Made by a program: the position numbers and the translations under genes
Source of the DNA: Eledone cirrhosa
Lineage: Eukaryota
DNA length: 64,000 nt
Assembly (NCBI GenBank): GCA_964016885.1
Contig: OZ024741.1
Coordinates: forward strand, 5,332,001-5,396,000
Reading direction: 5' to 3'
Part shown: piece after piece, positions 1-11,430 of the stretch
Layout of the letters: each line of letters begins with the position of its first letter
Numbering within the stretch: the first letter of the stretch is position 1
Notes under the pieces: generated by a model
What the model saw: the letters and a program-made list of their open reading frames with translations, nothing else
Databases searched by the model: none
Told to the model about the DNA's origin: nothing

Positions 1-2420
1 CCACTTGAGGAGGTTATTACAGTGGTCCACTTAAGGAGGTTATTACAGTGGTCCACTTGAGGAGACTATTACAGTGGTTCACTTGAGGAGGTTATTACAG
101 TGGTCCACTTGAGGAGGTTATTACAGTGGTCCACTTGAGGTTATTACAGTGGTCCAATTGAGGAGGTTATTACAGTGGTCCACTTGAGGAGGCTATTACA
201 GTGGTCCACTTGAGGAGGTTATTACAGTGGTCCACTTGAGCTCATTACAGTGGTCCACTTGAGGAGGTTATTACAGTGGTCCACTTGAGGAGGTTATTAC
301 AGTGGTCCACTTGTGGTTATTACAGTGGTCCACTTGAGGAGGCTATTACAGTGGTCCATTTGAGGTTATTACAGTGGTCCACTTGAGGAGGTTATTACAG
401 TGGTCCACTTGAGGTTATTACAGTGGTCCACTTGAGGTTATTACAGTTGTCAACTTGAGGTTATTACAGTGGTCCACTTGAGGAGGCTATTACAGTGGTC
501 CACTTGAGGTTATTACAGTGATCAACTTGAGGAGGTTATTACAGTGGTCCACTTGAGGTTATTACAGTGGTCCACTTGAGGTTATTACAGTGGTCCACTT
601 GAGGAGGCTATTACAGTGGTCCACTTGAGGTTATTACAGTTGTCCACTTGAGGAAGCTATTACAGTGGTCCACTTGAGGTTATTACAGTGGTCCACTTGA
701 GGAAGCTATTACAGTGGTCCACTTGAGGTTATTACAGTGGTCCACTTGAGGAGGCTATTACAGTGGTCCACTTGAGGAGGTTATTACAGTGGTCCACTTG
801 AGGTTATTACAGTGGTCCATTTGTAGAGGTTATTACAGTGGTGCACTTCAGGTTATTACAGTGGTCCACATGAGGATTTTATTACAGTGGTCCACTTGAG
901 GTAGCTATTACAGTGGTCCACTTGAGGAGGTTATTACAGTGGTCCACTTTAGGTTATTACAGTGGTCCACCTGAGGTTATTACAGTGGTCCACTTGAGGA
1001 GGTTATTACAGTGGTCCACTTCAGGTTATTACAGTGGTGCACTTGAGGAGCCTATTACAGTGGTCCACTTGAGGTTATTAAAGTGGTCCACTTGAGGAGG
1101 TTATTACAGTGGTACATTTTAGGTGGCTATTACAGTGGTCCACTTGAGGAGGTTATTACAGTGGTCCACTTGAGGAGGTTATTACAGTGGTCCACTTGAG
1201 GTTATTACAGTGGTCCACGTGAGGAGGCTATTACAGTGGTCCACTTGAGGTGGCTATTACAGTGGTCCACTTGACGAGGTTATTACGGTGGTCCACTTGA
1301 GGAGGCTATTACAGTGGTCCACTTGAGGAGGCTATTACAGAGGTCCACTTGAGGTGGCTATTACAGTGGTCCACTTGAGGTTATTACAGTAGTCCACTTG
1401 AGGAGGTTATTACAGTGGTCCACTTGAGGTTATTACAGTGGTCCACGTGAGGAGGCTATTACAGTGGTCCACTTGAGGAGGCTATTACAGTGGTCCACTT
1501 GAGGAGGCTATTACAGTGGTCCACTTGAGGTTATTACAGTGGTCCACTTGAGTAGGCTATTACAGAGGTCCACTTGAGGTTATTACAGTGGTCCACTTGA
1601 GGTTATTACAGTGGTCTTCTTGATGTTATTACAGTGGTCCACTTGAAGTTATTACAGTGGTCCACTTGAGGAGGCTATTACAGAGGTCCACTTGAGATTA
1701 TTACAGTGGTCCACTTGAGGAGGTTATTACAGTGGTCCACTTAAGGAGGTTATTACAGTGGTCCACTTGAGGAGACTATTACAGTGGTTCACATAAGGAG
1801 GTTATTACAGTGGTCCACTTGAGGAGGTTATTACAGTGGTCCACTTGAGGTTATTACAGTGGTCCAATTGAGGAGGTTATTACAGTGGTCCACTTGAGGA
1901 GGCTATTACAGTGGTCCACTTGAGGAGGTTATTACAGTGGTCCACTTGAGCTCATTACAGTGGTCCACTTGAGGAGGTTATTACAGTGGTCCACTTGAGG
2001 AGGTTATTACAGTGGTCCACTTGTGGTTATTACAGTGGTCCACTTGAGGAGGCTATTACAGTGGTCCATTTGAGGTTATTACAGTGGTCCACTTGAGGAG
2101 GTTATTACAGTGGTCCACTTGAGGTTATTACAGTGGTCCACTTGAGGTTATTACAGTTGTCCACTTGAGGTTATTACAGTGGTCCACTTGAGGAGGCTAT
2201 TACAGTGGTCCACTTGAGGTTATTACAGTGATCCACTTGAGGAGGTTATTACAGTGGTCCACTTGAGGTTATTACAGTGGTCCACTTGAGGTTATTACAG
2301 TGGTCCACTTGAGGAGGCTATTACAGTGGTCCACTTGAGGTTATTACAGTTGTCCACTTGAGGAAGCTATTACAGTGGTCCACTTGAGGTTATTACAGTG
2401 GTCCACTTGAGGAGGCTATT
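1..2420 (+). repeat. ~0.7 kb variant block repeated at 1710 bp spacing (1-~700 and 1711-~2420)
   Basis: TTAAGG at 31/1741 and GAGCTC at 238/1948, with GGAGACT, TTGTGGTT and GGAAGCT in the same order. Confidence 0.85.
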
Positions 2421-5400
2421 ACAGTGGTCCACTTGAGGTTATTACAGTGGTCCACTTGAGGTTATTACAGTGGTCCACTTGAGGAGGCTATTACAGTGGT
2501 CCACTTGATGTTATTACAGTGGTCCACTTGTGGAGGTTATTACAGTGGTCCACTTGGGTTATTACAGTGGTCGACTTGAGGTTATTACAGTGGTCCACTT
2601 GAGGGGGCTATTACAGTGGTCCACTTGAGAAGGTTATTACAGTGGTCCACTTGAGGTTATTACAGTGGTCCACTTGAGGAGTTTATTACAGTGGTCCACT
2701 TGAGAAGGTTATTACAGTGGTCCACTTGAGGAGGTTATTACAGTGGTCCACTTGATGTTATTACAGTGGTCCACTTGAGGAGGCTATTACAGTGGTCCAC
2801 TTGAGGAGGTTATTACAGTGGTCCACTTGAGGAGGCTATTACAGTGGTCTACTTGAGGTTATTACAGTGGTCCACTTGAGGGGGTTATTACAGTGGTCCA
2901 CTTGAGGTTATTACAGTGGTCCACTTGAGGAGGTTATTACAGTGGTCCAATTGAGGAGGTTATTACAGTGGTCCACTTGAGGTTATTACAGTGGACCAAT
3001 TGAGGAGGTTATTACAGTGGTCCGCTTGAGGAGGTTATTACAGTGGTCCACTTGAGGTTATTACAGTGGTCCACTTGAGGAGGTTATTACAGTGCTCCAC
3101 TTGAGGTTATTACAGTGGTCCACTTGAGGAGGTTATTACAGTGGTCCGTTTGAGGAGGTTATTACAGTGGTCCACTTGAGGTTATTACAGTGGTCCACTT
3201 GAGGAGGTTATTACAGTGGTCCAATTGAGGAGGTTATTACAGTGGTCCACTTGAGGAGGTTATTACAGTGGTCCACTTGAGGAGGTTATTACAGAGGTCC
3301 AATTGAGGAGGTTATTACAGTGGTCCACTTGAGGAGGTTATTACAGTGGTCCAGTTGAGGTTATTACAGTGGTACACTAGAGGAGGTTATTACAGTGGTC
3401 CACTTGAGGTTATTACAGTGGTCCACTTGAGGAGGTTATTACAGTGGTCCACTTGAGGTTATTACAGTGGTCCACTTGAGGAGGCTATTACAGTGGTCCA
3501 CTTGAGGTTATTACAGTGGTCCACTTGAGGAGGTTATTACAGTGGTCCACTTGAGGTTATTACAGTGGTCCACTTGAGGAGGTTATTACAGTGGTCCAAT
3601 TGAGGAGGTTATTACAGTGGTCCACTTGAGGTTATTACAGTGGGCCACTAGAGGAGGTTATTACAGTGGTCCACTTGAGGTCATTACAGTGGTCCACTTG
3701 AGGAGGCTATTACAGTGGTCCACTTGAGGAGGTTATTACAGTGGTCCACTTGAGGAGGTTATTACAGTAGTCCACTTGAGGTGGTTATTACAGTGGTCCA
3801 CTTGAGGTGGTTATTACAGTGGTCCACTTGAGGAGGCTATTACAGTGGTCCACTTGAGGAGGTTATTACAGTGGTCCACTTGAGGTTATTACAGTGGTCC
3901 ACTTGAGGTTATTATAGTGGTTCACTTGAGGAGGCTATTACAGTGGTCCACTTGAGGTTATTACAGTGGTCCACTTGAGGAGGCTATTAAAGTGGTCCAC
4001 TTGAGGTTATTACAGTGATCCACTTGAGGAGGCTATTACAGTGGTCCACTTGAGGTTATTTCAGTGATCCACTTGAGGAGGTTATTACAGTGGTCCACTT
4101 GAGGTTATTACAGTGGTCCACTTGAGGTTATTACAGTGGTCCACTTGAGGTTATTACAGTGGTCCACTTGAGGGGGCTATTACAGTGGTCCACTTGAGAA
4201 GGTTATTACAGTGGTCAAGTTGAGGTTATTACAGTGGTCCCCTTGAGGAGGCTATTACAGTGGTCCACTTGAGGAGGTTATTACAGTGGTCCACTTGAGA
4301 AGGCTATTACAGTGGTCCACTTGAGAAGGTTATTACAGTGGTCCACTTGAGGTTATTACAGTGGACCATTTGAGGAGGTTATTACAGTGCTCCACTTGAG
4401 GAGGTTATTACAGTGGTCCACTTGAGGAGGTTATTACAGTGGTCCACTTGAGGAGGTTATTACAGTGGTCCACTTGAGGAGGTTATTACAGTGGTCCACT
4501 TGAGGAGGTTATTACAGTGGTCCACTTGAGGTTATTACAGTGATCCACTTGAGGTTATTACAGTGGTCCACTTGAGGAGGCTATTACAGTGGTCCACTTG
4601 AGGTTATTACAGTTGTCCACTTGAGGAAGCTATTACAGTGGTCCACTTGAGGTTATTACAGTGGTCCACTTGAGGAGGCTATTACAGAGGTCGACTTGAG
4701 ATTATTACAGTGGTCCACTTGAGGAGGTTATTACAGTGGTCCACTTAAGGAGGTTATTACAGTGGTCCACTTGAGGAGACTATTACAGTGGTTCACTTGA
4801 GGAGGTTATTACAGTGGTCCACTTGAGGAGGTTATTACAGTGGTCCACTTGAGGTTATTACAGTGGTCCAATTGAGGAGGTTATTACAGTGGTCCACTTG
4901 AGGAGGCTATTACAGTGGTCCACTTGAGGAGGTTATTACAGTGGTCCACTTGAGCTCATTACAGTGGTCCACTTGAGGAGGTTATTACAGTGGTCCACTT
5001 GAGGAGGTTATTACAGTGGTCCACTTGTGGTTATTACAGTGGTCCACCTGAGGAGGCTATTACAGTGGTCCATTTGAGGTTATTACAGTGGTCCACTTGA
5101 GAAGGTTATTACAGTGGTCCACTTGAGGTTATTACAGTGGTCCACTTGAGGTTATTACAGTTGTCCACTTGAGGTTATTACAGTGGTCCACTTGAGGAGG
5201 CTATTACAGGGGTCCACTTGAGGTTATTACAGTGATCCACTTGAGGAGGTTATTACAGTGGTCCACTTGAGGTTATTACAGTGGTCCACTTGAGGTTATT
5301 ACAGTTGTCCACTTGAGGAAGCTATTACAGTGGTCCACTTGAGGTTATTACAGTGGTCCACTTGAGGAAGCTATTACAGTGGTCCACTTGAGGTTATTAC

Positions 5401-8400
5401 AGTGGTCCACTTGAGGAGGCTATTACAGTGGTCCACTTGAGGAGGTTATTACAGTGGTCCACTTGAGGTTATTACAGTGGTCCATTTGTAGAGGTTATTA
5501 CAGTGGTGCACTTCAGGTTATTACAGTGGTCCACATGAGGATTTTATTACAGTGGTCCACTTGAGGTAGCTATTACAGTGGTCCACTTGAGGAGGTTATT
5601 ACAGTGGTCCACTTTAAGTTATTACAGTGGTCCACCTGAGGTTATTACAGTGGTCCACTTGAGGAGGTTATTACAGTGGTCCACTTCAGGTTATTACAGT
5701 GGTGCACTTGAGGAGCCTATTACAGTGGTCCACTTGAGGTTATTAAAGTGGTCCACTTGAGGAGGTTATTACAGTGGTACATTTTAGGTGGCTATTACAG
5801 TGGTCCACTTTAGGAGGTTATTACAGTGGTCCACTTGAGGAGGTTATTACAGTGGTCCACTTGAGGTTATTACAGTGGTCCGCGTGAGGAGGCTATTACA
5901 GTGGTCCACTTGAGGTGGCTATTACAGTGGTCCACTTGACGAGGTTATTACGGTGGTCCACTTGAGGAGGCTATTACAGTGGTCCACTTGAGTAGGCTAT
6001 TACAGAGGTCCACTTGAGGTGGCTATTACAGTGGTCCACTTGAGGTTATTACAGTGGTCCACTTGAGGAGGTTATTACAGTGGTCCACTTGAGGTTATTA
6101 CAGTGGTCCACGTGAGGAGGCTATTACAGTGGTCCACTTGAGGAGGCTATTACAGTGGTCCACTTGAGGAGGCTATTACAGTGGTCCACTTGAGGTTATT
6201 ACAGTGGTCCACTTGAGTAGGCTATTACAGAGGTCCACTTGAGGTTATTACAGTGGTCCACTTGAGGTTATTACAGTGATCTTCTTGATGTTATTACAGT
6301 GGTCCACTTGAAGTTATTACAGTGGTCCACTTGAGGAGGCTATTACAGAGGTCCACTTGAGATTATTACAGTGGTCCACTTGAGGAGGTTATTACAGTGG
6401 TCCACTTAAGGAGGTTATTACAGTGGTCCACTTGAGGAGACTATTACAGTGGTTCACTTGAGGAGGTTATTACAGTGGTCCACTTGAGGAGGTTATTACA
6501 GTGGTCCACTTGAGGTTATTACAGTGGTCCAATTGAGGAGGTTATTACAGTGGTCCACTTGAGGAGGCTATTACAGTGGTCCACTTGAGGAGGTTATTAC
6601 AGTGGTCCACTTGAGCTCATTACAGTGGTCCACTTGAGGAGGTTATTACAGTGGTCCACTTGAGGAGGTTATTACAGTGGTCCACTTGTGGTTATTACAG
6701 TGGTCCACTTGAGGAGGCTATTACAGTGGTCCATTTGAGGTTATTACAGTGGTCCACTTGAGGAGGTTATTACAGTGGTCCACTTGAGGTTATTACAGTG
6801 GTCCACTTGAGGTTATTACAGTTGTCCACTTGAGGTTATAACAGTGGTCCACTTGAGGAGGCTATTACAGTGGTCCACTTGAGGTTATTACAGTGATCCA
6901 CTTGAGGAGGTTATTACAGTGGTCCACTTGAGGTTATTACAGTGGTCCACTTGAGGTTATTACAGTGGTCCACTTGAGGAGGCTATTACAGTGGTCCACT
7001 TGAGGTTATTACAGTTGTCCACTTGAGGAAGCTATTACAGTGGTCCACTTGAGGTTATTACAGTGGTCCACTTGAGGAGGCTATTACAGTGGTCCACTCG
7101 AGGTTATTACAGTGGTCCACTTGAGGTTATTACAGTGGTCCACTTGAGGAGGCTATTACAGTGGTCCACTTGATGTTATTACAGTGGTCCACTTGTGGAG
7201 GTTATTACAGTGGTCCACTTGAGGTTATTACAGTGGTCGACTTGAGGTTATTACAGTGGTCCACTTGAGGGGGCTATTACAGTGGTCCACTTGAGAAGGT
7301 TATTACAGTGGTCCACTTGAGGTTATTACAGTGGTCCACTTGAGGAGTTTATTACAGTGGTCCACTTGAGGGGTTATTACAGTGGTCCACTTGAGAAGGT
7401 TATTACAGTGGTCCACTTGAGGAGGTTATTACAGTGGTCCACTTGATGTTATTACAGTGGTCCACTTGAGGAGGCTATTACAGTGGTCCACTTGAGGAGG
7501 TTATTACAGTGGTCCACTTGAGGAGGCTATTACAGTGGTCTACTTGAGGTTATTACAGTGGTCCACTTGAGGGGGTTATTACAGTGGTCCACTTGAGGTT
7601 ATTACAGTGGTCCAATTGAGGAGGTTATTACAGTGGTCCACTTGAGGTTATTACAGTGGACCAATTGAGGAGGTTATTACAGTGGTCCGCTTGAGGAGGT
7701 TATTACAGTGGTCCGTTTGAGGAGGTTATTACAGTGGTCCACTTGAGGTTATTACAGTGGTCCACTTGAGGAGGTTATTACAGTGGTCCAATTGAGGAGG
7801 TTATTACAGTGGTCCACTTGAGGTTATTACATTGGTCCACTTGAGGAGGTTATTACAGTGGTCCGTTTGAGGAGGTTATTACAGTGGTCCACTTGAGGTT
7901 ATTACAGTGGTCCACTTGAGGGGGTTATTACAGTGGTCCAATTGAGGAGGTTATTACAGTGGTCCACTTGAGGAGGTTATTACAGTGGTCCACTTGAGGA
8001 GGTTATTACAGAGGTCCAATTGAGGAGGTTATTACAGTGGTCCACTTGAGGAGGTTATTCCATGGTCCAGTTGAGGTTATTACAGTGGTACACTAGAGGA
8101 GGTTATTACAGTGGTCCACTTGAGGTTATTACAGTGGTCCACTTGAGGAGGTTATTACAGTGGTCCACTTGAGGTTATTACAGTGGTCCACTTGAGGAGG
8201 CTATTACAGTGGTCCACTTGAGGTTATTACAGTGGTCCACTTGAGGAGGTTATTACAGTGGTCCACTTGAGGTTATTACAGTGGTCCACTTGAGGAGGTT
8301 ATTACAGTGGTCCAATTGAGGAGGTTATTACAGTGGTCCACTTGAGGTTATTACAGTGGGCCACTAGAGGAGGTTATTACAGTGGTCCACTTGAGGTTAT

Positions 8401-9180
8401 TACAGTGGTCCACTTGAGGAGGCTATTACAGTGGTCCACTTGAGGAGGTTATTACAGTGGTCCACTTGAGGAGGTTATTACAGTAGTCCACTTGAGGTGG
8501 TTATTACAGTGGTCCACTTGAGGTGGTTATTACAGTGGTCCACTTGAGGAGGCTATTACAGTGGTCCACTTGAGGAGGTTATTACAGTGGTCCACTTGAG
8601 GTTATTACAGTGGTCCACTTGAGGTTATTATAGTGGTTCACTTGAGGAGGCTATTACAGTGGTCCACTTGAGGTTATTACAGTGGTCCACTTGAGGAGGC
8701 TATTAAAGTGGTCCACTTGAGGTTATTACAGTGATCCACTTGAGGAGGCTATTACAGTGGTCCACTTGAGGTTATTTCAGTGATCCACTTGAGGAGGTTA
8801 TTACAGTGGTCCACTTGAGGTTATTACAGTGGTCCACTTGAGGTTATTACAGTGGTCCACTTGAGGGGGCTATTACAGTGGTCCACTTGAGAAGGTTATT
8901 ACAGTGGTCAAGTTGAGGTTATTACAGTGGTCCCCTTGAGGAGGCTATTACAGTGGTCCACTTGAGGAGGTTATTACAGTGGTCCACTTGAGAAGGCTAT
9001 TACAGTGGTCCACTTGAGAAGGTTATTACAGTGGTCCACTTGAGGTTATTACAGTGGACCATTTGAGGAGGTTATTATAGTGCTCCACTTGAGGAGGTTA
9101 TTACAGTGGTCCACTTGAGGAGGTTATTACAGTGGTCCACTTGAGGAGGTTATTACAGTGGTCCACTTGAGGAGGTTATT
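1..9180 (+). repeat. ~4.67-4.71 kb tandem duplication nested in the 13.4 kb unit (repeated again at about 13514-22610)
   Basis: ORFs 913/5578 (4665); TTAAGG markers at 31/4745 (4714) and 1741/6406 (4665). Variant order GGACCAA, GTACACTAG, GGGCCACTAG, GTCAAGTT, GTCCCCTT is the same in both copies. Confidence 0.88.
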
Positions 9181-11160
9181 ACAGTGGTCCACTTGAGGTG
9201 GCTATTACAGTGGTTCACTTGAGGTTATTACATTGGTCCAATTGAGGAGGTTATTACAGTGGTCCACTTGAGGTTATTACAGTGGTCCAATTGAGGAGGT
9301 TATTACAGTGGTCCACTTGAGGAGGCTATTACAGTGGTCCACTTGAGGTTATTACAGTGGTCCACTTGAGGAGGTTAATACAGTGGTCCACTTGAGTTTA
9401 TTACAGTGGTCCACTTGAGGAGGCTATTACAGTGGTCCACTTGAGGAGGTTATTACAGTGGTCCACTTGAGGTTATTACAGTGGTCCACTTGTGGAGGCT
9501 ATTACAGTGGTCCACTTGAGGTTATTACAGTGGTCCACTTGAGGAGGTTATTACAGTGGTCCACTTGAGGTTATTACAGTGGTCCACTTGAGGAGGCTAT
9601 TACAGTGGTCCATTTGAGGTTATTACAGTGGTCCACTTGAGGAGATTATTACAGTGGTCCACTTGAGGTTATTACAGTGGTCCACTTGAGGTTATTACAG
9701 TTGTCCACTTGATGTTATTACAGTGGTCCACTTGAGGAGGCTATTACAGTGGTCCACTTGAGGTTATTACAGTGATCCACTTGAGGAGGTTATTACAGTG
9801 GTCCACTTGAGGTTATTACAGTGATCCACTTGAGGTTATTACAGTGGTCCACTTGAGGAGGCTATTACAGTGGTCCACTTGAGGTTATTACAGTTGTCCA
9901 CTTGAGGAAGCTATTACAGTGGTCCACTTGAGGTTATTACAGTGGTCCACTTGAGGAGGCTATTAGAGTGGTCCACTTGAGGTTATTACAGTGGTCCACT
10001 TCAGGTTATTACAGTGGTCCACTTGAGGAGGCTATTACAGTGGTCCACTTGATGTTATTACAGTGGTCCACTTGTGGAGGTTATTACAGTGGTCCACTTG
10101 AGGTTATTACAGTGGTCGACTTGAGGTTATTACAGTGGTCCACTTGTGGAGGTTATTACAATGGTCCACTTGAGGAGGTTATTACAGTGGTCCACTTGAG
10201 GTTATTACAGTGGTCCACTTGAGGAGGTTATTACAGTGGTCCACTTGAGGTTATTACAGTGGTCCACTTGAGGATTTTATTACAGTGGTCCACTTGAGGT
10301 TATTACAATGGTCCACATGAGGATTTTATTACAGTGTTCCACTTGAGGAGGTTATTACAGTGGTCCACTTGAGGAGGTTATTACAGTGGTCCACTTGAGA
10401 TTATTACAGTGGTCCACTTGAGGTTATTACAGTGGTCCACTTGAGGTGGCTATTAAAGTGGTCCACTTGTGGACGTTATTACAGTGGTCCACTTGATGTT
10501 ATTACAGTGGTCCACTTGAGGTGGCTATTACAGTGGTCCACTTGAGGAGGCTATTACAGTGGTCCACTTGAGGAGGTTATTACAGTGGTCCACTTGAGGA
10601 GGTTATTACAGTGGTCCACTTGAGGTGGCTATTACAGTGGTTCGCTTGAGGTTATTACAGTGGTCCAATTGAGGAGGTTATTACAGTGGTCCACTTGAGG
10701 TTATTACAGTGGTCCAATTGAGGAGGTTATTACAGTGGTCCACTTGAGGAGGTTATTACAGTGGTCCACTTGAGGTTATTACAGTGTTCCACTTGAGGTG
10801 GTTACTACAGTGGTCCACTTGAGGAGGTTATTACAGTGGTCCACTTGAGGTTATTACAGTGGTCCACTTGAGGAGGCTATTACAGTGGTCCACTTAAGGT
10901 TATTACAGTGGTCCACTTGAGGAGGTTATTACAGTGGCCCAGTTGAGGAGGTTATTACAGTGGTTCACTTGAGGCTATTACAGTGGTCCACTTGAGGAGG
11001 CCATTACAGTGGTCCACTTGAGGTTATTACAGTGGTCCACTTGAGGAGGCTATTACAGCGGTCCAATTGAGGTTATTACAGTGGTCCACTTGAGGAGGTT
11101 ATTACAGTGGTCCACTTGAGGTTATTACAGTGGTCCACTTGAGGAGGCTATTACAGTGGT

Positions 11161-11430
11161 CCACTTGAGAAGGTTATTACAGTGGCCCACTTGAGGTTAT
11201 TACAGTGGTCCACTTGAGGATGTTTTTAGAGTTGTCCACTTGAGGAGGTTATTACAGTGGTCCAATTGAGAAGGGTATTACAGTGGTCCACTTGAGGAGG
11301 CTATTACAGTGGTCCACTTGAGAAGGTCATTACAGTGGCCCACTTGAGGTTATTACAGTGGTCCACTTGAGGATGTTTTTAGAGTTGTCCACTTGAGGAG
11401 GTTATTACAGTGGTCCAATTGATAAGGTTA
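11161..11430 (+). repeat. 153 bp (6-monomer) local duplication marked by GAGGATGTTTTTAGAGTTGTCC
   Basis: Marker at 11216 and 11369; 153 = 5x26+23. The doublet recurs near 24.6, 28.7, 33.4, 37.4, 43.1, 49.9, 54.0 and 60.9 kb. Confidence 0.9.

Noticed and set aside
7-24. Shine-Dalgarno-like AGGAGGT 7 nt upstream of GTG in each 26 bp monomer
   Set aside because: It leads only to an 11-12 codon peptide ending in TGA, there is no prokaryotic gene context, and it is absent from the 23 bp monomers. Probably chance.
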